DNA of 32,000 nucleotides from Desulfocapsa sulfexigens DSM 10523 (GTDB lineage: Bacteria > Desulfobacterota > Desulfobulbia > Desulfobulbales > Desulfocapsaceae), in the NCBI RefSeq assembly GCF_000341395.1, contig NC_020304.1:3150001-3182000 (forward strand), in the 5' to 3' direction. This document shows positions 18,396 to 26,640 of this stretch, piece after piece. Position 1 is the stretch's first letter. Every line of letters starts with the position of its first letter. The position numbers and the translations under genes were made by a program. The notes beneath the pieces are model-generated. The model was given only the letters and a program-made list of their open reading frames with translations. It ran no database searches and was not told the DNA's origin.

Positions 18396-20222
18396 ATGCC
18401 ACCAAAACCACCAGTTTACGACGAAAGTAAAGTAAAGACTCTCAGTTCGCTCGAGCATATTCGCAAACGTCCAGGGATGTATATTGGACGGCTTGGCTCA
18501 GGTAGTCATCCCGATGATGGTATTTACATCCTGCTCAAGGAGGTGATTGACAACTCGGTTGATGAATTTATTATGGGAGCCGGGCAAAGAGTCAATGTAT
18601 CCATAACTGAAGAGGGAAGGGTGTTTGTTCGGGATTTTGGACGAGGCATCCCACTTGGGAAGGTTGTGGAGTGCGTTTCAAGAATTAATACCGGTGCCAA
18701 ATATTCAACGGATGTTTTTCAGTTCTCCGTAGGGTTGAACGGTGTGGGTACCAAGGCAGTCAACGCCATGTCAGCTTTTTTTAAAGTGACTGCCTACAGG
18801 GAGGGCGAATATGCCTCTGCCACATTCTCCAGTGGCATACTCAGTGACCAGGAAAGTGGAAAAACCGATGAACCTAATGGCACTCTTATTGAATTTCTTC
18901 CGGACCATGAGCTGTTCCAGGATTTTCGTTTTGACCCTGAATTCGTCGATAAAAGGCTGTGGCGTTATGCATATCTCAATGCCGGACTTAAGATTTATCT
19001 CGATAAAACCTGTTATTTTTCAAAAAATGGTCTTCTTGATCTTCTCGATAAAGAGCTTGGCGGGCAGGGTATATATGATCCTATTTACTATCAGGATCAA
19101 ACTCTGGAATTTGCCTTTTCCCATAGTGAAGGCTACAGCGATACCTATTACAGTTTTGTCAATGGGACCTATACCAGTGAGGGTGGAACCCATCTATCTG
19201 CTTTTAGAGAAGGCGTCCTGAAAGGGGTTAATGAATTTTCCAACAAGAAGTTCAGTGCCAATGATGTCCGGGAGGGAATAGTTGGAACTCTTTCTGTGAA
19301 AATCATTGAACCTGTGTTTGAATCCCAGACAAAAAATAAACTTGGCAATACCGATATCCGTGCCTGGATTGTAAATAAGGTTAAAGATGCCGTTTCCAGT
19401 GCCATGTACAAGGACTCCGAACTCGCCGACAGGATTCTCGAAAAGGTTCAGCGAAATCAGAAAATCCGAAAAGAACTCCAGAGCGTTCGTAAAGAGGCCA
19501 AAGCCAAGGCCAAGAAAGTTGCGCTTAAAATCCCACAATTAAAGGATTGCAAGCACCATCCGAAACGTAATGAACCTTCCGCGAAAGATCGTGAAAATAT
19601 GATTTTTATTACAGAAGGGCAATCCGCTGCCGGGTCCATTGTCTCATCCCGTGACCCGCTGACCCAGGCCGTCTTTTCCTTAAAGGGAAAGCCCATGAAC
19701 GTTTTTGGACAAAAACTTGCGCTCCTCTATAAGAATGAAGAGATGTATTCTCTCATGCGGGCCCTGAATATTGAGGAATCCATTACAGATTTGCGCTTTG
19801 ATAAGGTTATACTTGCAACCGATGCTGATGTCGATGGATTGCATATCCGCAATCTGCTACTTACTTTTTTTCTTCATTATTTCGAGCCCCTGGTTAAGCT
19901 TGGACATGTGTATATCCTGGAAACACCAATTTTCAGGGTGCGGAACAAAGAGGAAACACATTACTGTTATTCCGAGAAAGAAAAAGATGAGTTTACCAGA
20001 ACTCTTCAGGGCAAGGGGAAAGTAAAAAAAGCTGTTGAGACTACTCGCTTCAAAGGTCTTGGAGAGATATCACCTAAGGAATTTAAACAGTTTATTGGCC
20101 CCGATATTATTCTAAAACAGGTGGATATGGGGTCTGTGAGTGAAGTGTCAGAAGTACTTTCTTTCTATATGGGAAAAAACACTCCTGATCGAAAAACGTA
20201 TATTATGGAAAACCTCCTCTAG
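18396..20222 (+). CDS. parE: DNA topoisomerase IV subunit B (ParE/GyrB-type)
   Basis: GHKL ATPase motifs (LLKEVIDNSVDEF, VRDFGRGIPLG, GLNGVGTKAVNA) and TOPRIM region (IFITEGQSAAGSIV, VILATDADVDGLHIRNLLLTFF). Immediately followed by a parC-like gene. Confidence 0.9.
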   Translation: MPPKPPVYDESKVKTLSSLEHIRKRPGMYIGRLGSGSHPDDGIYILLKEVIDNSVDEFIMGAGQRVNVSITEEGRVFVRDFGRGIPLGKVVECVSRINTGAKYSTDVFQFSVGLNGVGTKAVNAMSAFFKVTAYREGEYASATFSSGILSDQESGKTDEPNGTLIEFLPDHELFQDFRFDPEFVDKRLWRYAYLNAGLKIYLDKTCYFSKNGLLDLLDKELGGQGIYDPIYYQDQTLEFAFSHSEGYSDTYYSFVNGTYTSEGGTHLSAFREGVLKGVNEFSNKKFSANDVREGIVGTLSVKIIEPVFESQTKNKLGNTDIRAWIVNKVKDAVSSAMYKDSELADRILEKVQRNQKIRKELQSVRKEAKAKAKKVALKIPQLKDCKHHPKRNEPSAKDRENMIFITEGQSAAGSIVSSRDPLTQAVFSLKGKPMNVFGQKLALLYKNEEMYSLMRALNIEESITDLRFDKVILATDADVDGLHIRNLLLTFFLHYFEPLVKLGHVYILETPIFRVRNKEETHYCYSEKEKDEFTRTLQGKGKVKKAVETTRFKGLGEISPKEFKQFIGPDIILKQVDMGSVSEVSEVLSFYMGKNTPDRKTYIMENLL

Positions 20223-20230
20223 GGTAACAA

Positions 20231-22237
20231 GTGGAATCTCAGCACGGTAAACTTCGGCAGCTTTTTGAATATAACTTTCTTGAGTACACCTCCTATGTAA
20301 TTAAAGAGCGTGCTATTCCGGATATTAACGACGGCCTCAAACCTGTTCAGCGACGTATTCTCCAGACCCTCCACAATATGGATGATGGCCGTTTTCACAA
20401 GGTTGCAAACGTTGTTGGGGCCACCATGAAACTGCATCCCCATGGAGATCAATCTATCTTTGCAGCCCTCGTTAATCTGGCAAACAAGGGCTACCTTATT
20501 GATCGCCAGGGAAACTACGGGAATATTTTCACAGGAGATTCAGCCTCTGCCCCCCGTTATATTGAGTGCCGTTTATCGCCCCTTGCCCGTGAGATCATGT
20601 TCAATAAGGATCTTACAGAATATGTAGATTCTTACGATGGCAGGATGCGGGAACCTGTTACCCTGCCATGCAAAATTCCATTATTACTGCTCCAGGGTGC
20701 GGATGGTATTGCTGTTGGTATGGCCACAAAGATCATGCCCCATAATTTTTGTGAGTTACTCGAGGCTCAAAAAAAGATTCTTCAGGGAGAGGACGTAAGG
20801 CTCTATCCTGACTTCCCTCAGGGCGGGTTGGTTGATGTTTCCCAGTATAATAATGGGAATGGAAAAATTCGCTGTCGTGCCAGGATGGAAGAGCTCAATG
20901 AAAAAACCATCGTTATTAGAGAAATACCGTTCACGACTACAACCGAATCTTTAATTGATTCCGTAGAAAAAGCTGCCAAATCCGGTAAAATCAAAATTGT
21001 TTCCATTAGTGACTATACCGCAGAAAATGTGGAAATAGAGATAAAACTTGCCCGTGGCATATATGCCAAGGATACTATCAAGGCACTGTATGCCTTTACT
21101 GATTGTGAAGTGCCGATCAGTCCCAATCTTACCCTGGTTCAGAACGGTGTCCCTCGAACGGCCACGGTGGAAGAGGTGCTGCGTTATAATACCGCTAAAC
21201 TTCTCGATGATCTGAGACGTGAGTTGGAAATCGACAAAAATCGTCTGGAAGATCGGCTGCATGCACGACTTCTCGAACAGATTTTCATTGAAGAGCGTAT
21301 CTACAAGACCATTGAAGAGAAAACGAGTTACAAGGCTGTGATTGCAGGAGTGGATGAAGCTCTGGCACCATTTGTTTCAGAGCTGAAACGTCCTGTGGTT
21401 ACAGAGGATATAGAAAGACTGCTTGAAATTCGTATTAAGCGAATATCGCGCTATGATATCAATAAGCAGAAAAAGGAAATCAAATCCATCCGTGGAGATA
21501 TCAAAACAATCGTTAAACATCTTAAGGATATGGTGCTCTTTACTACCAATTATATCAGTAAAATTTTAACAAAATATGGTGAATCATATCCTCGTTTGAC
21601 AGAATTGACAGAATTTACCGAGGTGAGTGTGCGAAGAGTCGCCCTGTCTAATCTCACCGTCTGTTATGACAGGAAAGATGGTTTTCTAGGACACCAGATA
21701 AAAGTAAGCAGTGGAGAACCGGAATTCTCCATTCCATGTTCAGAGTATGATAGATTACTGCTTATCTATGAAACCGGAATGTATAAGGTTGTCCAGGTGA
21801 CGGATAAACTCTTTGTCGGTCACGATATCCGCTGGATAGGAAAGATTCAAAAGGGACTCGTCTTTAATATGGTGTATAAGGAAGGGCAGGAAAATCTTTG
21901 TTACGTTAAGCGATTTACCACCCCGAAATTTATACTTGATAAAGAATACAGACTTTTTGATGAACATAAACAGTCTAAAATTCTACTGCTTTCCCTCGGA
22001 GAAGAGAAGAGCGCTCGTGCCAGTCTGGTTCCGTCCCCTCGCGCTAAATCAAATGTCGTTGAAATTGTATTTGATGAATATCTCTTAAAAGGCCCGTCTG
22101 CCAAGGGCAAGCGTGTTTCACCAAGGAGTGTCCGTCGTGTGATTGACACTACGGGTAAAACACCCCAGCCTAAAAAGATCAATTTGGCCCTTCCTGGTAT
22201 GGAAAATACAGATCCAGGGCAGGGTGAAGAAGAGTGA
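20231..22237 (+). CDS. parC: DNA topoisomerase IV subunit A (ParC/GyrA-type)
   Basis: YTSYVIKERAIPDINDGLKPVQRRIL...ATMKLHPHGDQSIF...YLIDRQGNYGNIFTGDSASAPRYIECRLSPLAREI (active-site Tyr region). Confidence 0.92.
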   Translation: MESQHGKLRQLFEYNFLEYTSYVIKERAIPDINDGLKPVQRRILQTLHNMDDGRFHKVANVVGATMKLHPHGDQSIFAALVNLANKGYLIDRQGNYGNIFTGDSASAPRYIECRLSPLAREIMFNKDLTEYVDSYDGRMREPVTLPCKIPLLLLQGADGIAVGMATKIMPHNFCELLEAQKKILQGEDVRLYPDFPQGGLVDVSQYNNGNGKIRCRARMEELNEKTIVIREIPFTTTTESLIDSVEKAAKSGKIKIVSISDYTAENVEIEIKLARGIYAKDTIKALYAFTDCEVPISPNLTLVQNGVPRTATVEEVLRYNTAKLLDDLRRELEIDKNRLEDRLHARLLEQIFIEERIYKTIEEKTSYKAVIAGVDEALAPFVSELKRPVVTEDIERLLEIRIKRISRYDINKQKKEIKSIRGDIKTIVKHLKDMVLFTTNYISKILTKYGESYPRLTELTEFTEVSVRRVALSNLTVCYDRKDGFLGHQIKVSSGEPEFSIPCSEYDRLLLIYETGMYKVVQVTDKLFVGHDIRWIGKIQKGLVFNMVYKEGQENLCYVKRFTTPKFILDKEYRLFDEHKQSKILLLSLGEEKSARASLVPSPRAKSNVVEIVFDEYLLKGPSAKGKRVSPRSVRRVIDTTGKTPQPKKINLALPGMENTDPGQGEEE

Positions 22238-22362
22238 CAATCTTGGGCTGTGTTGATAGGCTAAACGCTTTCGATCAGGATTAGCTGCAAAATGCACTCC
22301 CCTGATTTAAGAATCTCTCCATTGTAAGATTTATTGTTAGGGAATAGAAGTCAGATTTGAAC

Positions 22363-23274
22363 TTAATGATGATTAAACTGCAAGATAGCTGAACCATCAA
22401 AAAAAACTATGACGGAAGATGAGGACTCTGATACTGTAATAGTAAGTGCTTCGGACACTGCCGTGAGTGAGGCTGCAGCTGCGTGCCTTGCGCCAAAGCC
22501 TTTCAGCATTTTTGTGTTCTCGCTGGCTGGCGGATTGAGGTAGGTACCAGCTTTTTCAACCACCCCCGAATTGTCTATAATAAACGCCCCATCAAGCGCT
22601 GCAAATTCACGTATCGTTTCAAAAAAATCATTATCATGAATGTTACGGTTTCTTTTCGGATGACCTTTGCAAGGATTGAGTACAAGTTGAGTCAGGTATT
22701 TATCGTATTTTTTATAATCTCCAAGGACAAAGATCGTACCTATTTTCTTACCTTCACGGCCTTGGCCTGCAAGGCGTAATGCAATGTCGAGTAAACGAAT
22801 AAATTCCTTAGAACGTAGAATTTTTTTAGGAATTTTCTCGTACGTATGCTTCTGAAACCATTTGTTATCTCGTAATAAATTAGTTATCAGCAAGTTGTCT
22901 AGTCGAAGAGAACCTACCAAGCCAGTAATGCAGAGTACCGTTTCATCGTGTTCGACCAGATTGTGCAAAACCGCAATGAGTAAACCAAGTTGGAATTGGT
23001 CTGATCGTGAAAGGTTTTGACCGGGAAGGGAAAGGACAGAGCAATGAGGCAGAAACTCCTCCCGGATTTTCGCCTCATCTTTGGTGAGTAATATTATCGA
23101 CACCTGCTCCTTGTTTTCTAAGATGTAGCGTTGGTCCAAAACCGACTCAGCAAAAACTAGAATCTTAGTAATGCGTAGCTGGCGAGCAAGACCGAAGCAA
23201 TGATTGACTAAAAGTTTTGATTCGCGGTTTTCCGATGGTCGTACTTTGGTTCGGTCGTTGCCTTTAGTTGTCAT
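22363..23274 (-). CDS. Diadenylate cyclase (DisA_N domain) protein with N-terminal alpha/beta (PK_C-like) region; DacZ-like
   Basis: C-terminal FAALDGAFIIDNSGVVEKAGTYLNPP...LKGFGARHAAAASLTAVSEALTITVSESSSSVIVFFDGSAIL carries the DGA motif and an RHx variant of the RHR motif. The N-terminus ends in DETVLCITGLVGSLRLDNLL, similar to a pyruvate-kinase-C-like fold. Confidence 0.82.
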   Translation of the reverse strand: MTTKGNDRTKVRPSENRESKLLVNHCFGLARQLRITKILVFAESVLDQRYILENKEQVSIILLTKDEAKIREEFLPHCSVLSLPGQNLSRSDQFQLGLLIAVLHNLVEHDETVLCITGLVGSLRLDNLLITNLLRDNKWFQKHTYEKIPKKILRSKEFIRLLDIALRLAGQGREGKKIGTIFVLGDYKKYDKYLTQLVLNPCKGHPKRNRNIHDNDFFETIREFAALDGAFIIDNSGVVEKAGTYLNPPASENTKMLKGFGARHAAAASLTAVSEALTITVSESSSSVIVFFDGSAILQFNHH

Positions 23275-23841
23275 TTCTTATAATTTATTTGTGTAAATTG
23301 TTCTCTGAGCAATACGACGTTCAGATCGCATTTTCTCAAGAAACGCCTGAAAAAGAGGAGTCTCTTTTTCAGGTTCTATTACTTTCTCTTCTTTTTAGAA
23401 CAGAGGTGGGGGAATCTTGCTACAAAAAAGTGGACAGGCAATTACTCCGCTTTTTTATTATCCAATAATAAAATCTTAAAAGTGGCCGATAATTGTGTCA
23501 GTTGCCTGAATGGAGTATATAAGTATTAACGCTATTAAGCGCAGGTGACTATCATCTTTTACAAAAGCTAATTTTCTTTGTAAATCTTCGTTTCGTTGAT
23601 GTTCCGGCCATAGAATCTGAGACAGGTGGCTTGAAGACATTATGGCTGCAGGGGCGATTTCGAGTACAAATACTCGGGCTACCTGATAGCTATATCTGTT
23701 ATGAGTGGTTACAATTCTTGAATGTTTTTGTAAAATACAAAAAATAAGTATGTCTATTGTAGGAAGCTACTAATGACTAATGAAGTCTGAGTTCATGATC
23801 GAATCCGTAACCAAAATCCTCACTACCTGGAATGATACTTA

Positions 23842-24831
23842 ATGCTTTCTTCCGCGCAACCAAACACTCATAAGGGCCGTTATAAAAGTCTTCTCGATAT
23901 TGTGTCAACCGATGATATTATCTGCATTCTAATCGTTGCAGATCCGGATGCTATTGCCAGTGCCCTTGCTTTAAAAAGATTGTTTTGGAGAAAGGTGCAG
24001 AAGACTCTTATCTGTAGAGTTAATGCCATAAAACGTTCGGATAATCTTGCGATGCTCAGGGACCTGCGGATTGACGTTCCTTATATTACCAAGGTGGACA
24101 CTAGTAATGTGACGAAATGGGCCATAGTTGATTCACAGCCGCATCATCATAAATCTTTAAATAATACCAATTTTAGCATTGTTATCGACCATCATTCCCC
24201 CGATCCCTCATTGGACGTTCCTTTCAAAGATATACGTGAAGAATATGGTGCTGTTTCGTCTATTATGACGGAATACCTTAAGACCGCTGGTGTTACCCCT
24301 TCAACAAAACTCGCTACTGCACTGTTTTACGGCATCAAGACAGACACAGACAACTTCACCAGAACCTCGACCAGCGCTGATGTCAGGGCTTTTCGGTATC
24401 TCTATCCTCATGCCAATATCAATATTATTAAGAAAATAGAATCATCTGAAATTAATAAGAAAAATCTGGTCGCATTCCGAAAGGCATTTGAGGAGCTGCA
24501 ATTTATAGGTGATACTGCCTATATTCATATGGGAGTTGTAAAAGATGCTGATGTCTTGGTGATTCTCGCCGATTTTTTTCTGAAGATGGCTGAGGCTACC
24601 TGGTGTATCGTTTCCGGAATATATGGCAAAAAATTAATTATAATTTTGAGAAATGTTGGTTTCCGGCGTGACGCTGGTAAGGTTGCCATGCGACTGTTTG
24701 GCGAGGTGGGCTCAGCCGGCGGTCATAAGAGTGCTGCGAGGGTGGAGATACCAGTCGCAACTCTTGTAGGTGAGACAGAAGAGTTATCAGTATTGAGAGA
24801 GTATGTTGCCGATAAAATCAGAAAACGATAA
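23842..24831 (+). CDS. DHH/DHHA1 family phosphoesterase (NrnA/GdpP-DHH-like)
   Basis: VADPDAIASALALKRL (DHH motif I type), WAIVDSQPHHHK, FSIVIDHHSPD (DHH motif), ATALFYGIKTDTDNFTR, GEVGSAGGHKSAARVEIP (DHHA1). Confidence 0.87.
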   Translation: MLSSAQPNTHKGRYKSLLDIVSTDDIICILIVADPDAIASALALKRLFWRKVQKTLICRVNAIKRSDNLAMLRDLRIDVPYITKVDTSNVTKWAIVDSQPHHHKSLNNTNFSIVIDHHSPDPSLDVPFKDIREEYGAVSSIMTEYLKTAGVTPSTKLATALFYGIKTDTDNFTRTSTSADVRAFRYLYPHANINIIKKIESSEINKKNLVAFRKAFEELQFIGDTAYIHMGVVKDADVLVILADFFLKMAEATWCIVSGIYGKKLIIILRNVGFRRDAGKVAMRLFGEVGSAGGHKSAARVEIPVATLVGETEELSVLREYVADKIRKR

Positions 24832-25019
24832 GTCATACTGCCAATAATTCTTTTTATGATTTTGTGTTCCCTCGGTCTTTCAATTCCAGATACGACCACT
24901 TTTAACAAATCAAAAAAAACTCAACCATAATGACCTTAGATTTTAAGGGCTGAATGACAGCAAGGCTTTGTGGCAACACATTTGATACTCCTTTCTTGAC
25001 AGTCAGATATAAAGTTGGC

Positions 25020-25049
25020 ACAATATAATATTGTGTAATATTATATTGT
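25020..25049. promoter_or_regulatory. Perfect 13-bp inverted repeat (possible operator or hairpin)
   Basis: ACAATATAATATT-GTGT-AATATTATATTGT, 13/13 bp arms with a 4-nt spacer, about 40 bp upstream of the SH3-protein ORF. Confidence 0.5.
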
Positions 25050-25087
25050 CAAATAATTGATCGCTTTTTTACTTCTTCCAGGTTTCT

Positions 25088-25813
25088 ATGTCCCTTATTG
25101 CTGTTGCATTTCTAACAGGCACTCTTTATATCGGTCCTCTTTGTCTTCCAGAATGGTTTGTCTGGGAAGAATCTCTTGCCAGTGCAATCCTGCCCTTTAC
25201 GTATGTTTATGCCAAAGGCCTGTTTTCAATAGCGTGTCTTTTTGGCGCCTCCATATATCATCACAAAAAGCAAATACAGAAAAGAAGAATATTTAAGGTG
25301 CCTCAAGTTGGAGAAAAGGGACGTCTACGATTGCCAAACCAGAGGGAGACGTCTGATCGTTTTGGCATGTCTGTCCTTTTATGTGTTTTGGTTCTAGTAT
25401 TTATTGTCGCTGGTTATAGTCGGGCTTTTGGCGGTGTTAAAATGGTTGCCATCGACAGAGATATTGTTAATGTACGCAGTGGGCCAGCAATCAGTTATAA
25501 GACATTATGGCAGTTTGGAAAAGGATATCCGCTCAAGGTTGTTGGTAGTAGGAAAGAATGGTATAAAGTTCAGGATTTTGAAGGAGACTCTGGTTGGATC
25601 TATAAACCTCTCGTTTCACGTACTCCACATGTTGTGGTAAAGAACAAACTTGTAAATATCCGCTCCAGGCCGGGAACCAGACATGCTGTCATTGCAAGAG
25701 CACAGAGAGGAGTGGTGTTCCAGACCATTGCTTCCGTGAAAGGATGGGTTAAAGTGCGTCATGCAGGAGGGCTTGTCGGCTGGGTTGCAAGAAGACTTGT
25801 CTGGGGATGGTAA
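25088..25813 (+). CDS. Membrane protein with two bacterial SH3-like repeats
   Basis: TM segments plus IVNVRSGPAISYKTLWQFGKGYPLKVVGSRKEWYKVQDFEGDSGWIYKPL and LVNIRSRPGTRHAVIARAQRGVVFQTIASVKGWVKVRHAGGLVGWVARRL. Start uncertain; ATG at 25367 is an alternative. Confidence 0.78.
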   Translation: MSLIAVAFLTGTLYIGPLCLPEWFVWEESLASAILPFTYVYAKGLFSIACLFGASIYHHKKQIQKRRIFKVPQVGEKGRLRLPNQRETSDRFGMSVLLCVLVLVFIVAGYSRAFGGVKMVAIDRDIVNVRSGPAISYKTLWQFGKGYPLKVVGSRKEWYKVQDFEGDSGWIYKPLVSRTPHVVVKNKLVNIRSRPGTRHAVIARAQRGVVFQTIASVKGWVKVRHAGGLVGWVARRLVWGW

Positions 25814-26085
25814 GATTACTGCTATCAAATCCCTTGCTGGCAAACATCTATTCACCATCTGCACCATTACTTTATGTGAGGCGTGAAAAGATAGATCTCC
25901 AACAATGAGAAAGGAAACATGTACTGCTTTTTTTATCTACCAGCAGTTTTCCTGTTGTTTGCTCTTCCACGCGCCCTCCCCCAAAAACAACATTCCCGGT
26001 AACGTTAAGGTTTAAATCCAACCATTATCTTTCCTGATCGCCATTGAAATTCAGCTTTGCAATCCAGAGTTTTTTTCGCGTCGAT

Positions 26086-26207
26086 TATATGGGACGTCAG
26101 AAACTCATCCCTGGGGCTCTGCGTCCGCCGTCCAGGCCACAGATGCCCATATAATCAACACAAAACAATTCCTCCTCAGGTGGTAGGCTGAGGAATAATG
26201 GTAATCA
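26086..26207. repeat. Dispersed intergenic repeat, copy 1, with hairpin 26173-26194
   Basis: TATATGGGACGTCAGAAACTCATCCCT...ATCAACACAAAACAATTCCTCCTCAGGTGGTAGGCTGAGGAATAATGGTAATCA, closely matching 30652-30745. Stem TCCTCAG/CTGAGGA. Confidence 0.75.
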
Positions 26208-26640
26208 GGTTATCTTTTCTCTTTGATAGCCTAATATGACTGGCCAAAGGGCAAAATCACAGTTTTTTCTTAAGCCCCCCCAACTGCTCCTTTAACCATA
26301 TGCAGTACATGTTCTTAATCAGTTTCAAAGGAACTGATTTACCGTATCACACTTCTCTATTCATCTGCTCAACAAATCCCAATCCTTCCTGCCAGGTCAA
26401 TGGAAATTCCGAAAGACAACAGCCTTGGCTCCATGCAAGAATTGTCGTTCAGTCCAGCACAGAACAAGTTGATAATCACTTAGAAGTTCATAGTGTCATT
26501 CGTATCTTTTAAATCCTTAGTAAACTCCTATTCAAATCATTTTATTTGTGATTGAATTAGTAAAATTTCATTTTTATGACGATAAATGAAAATTGAAAAA
26601 ATATTGAGCAGTCAGTTTTTGACCTTAGATAGGTTCTTCT

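Noticed and set aside
23268-23468. 66-aa plus-strand ORF in the cyclase/phosphoesterase gap.
   Set aside because: Overlaps the start of the cyclase gene, has low-complexity composition and no RBS or domain resemblance; treated as spurious.
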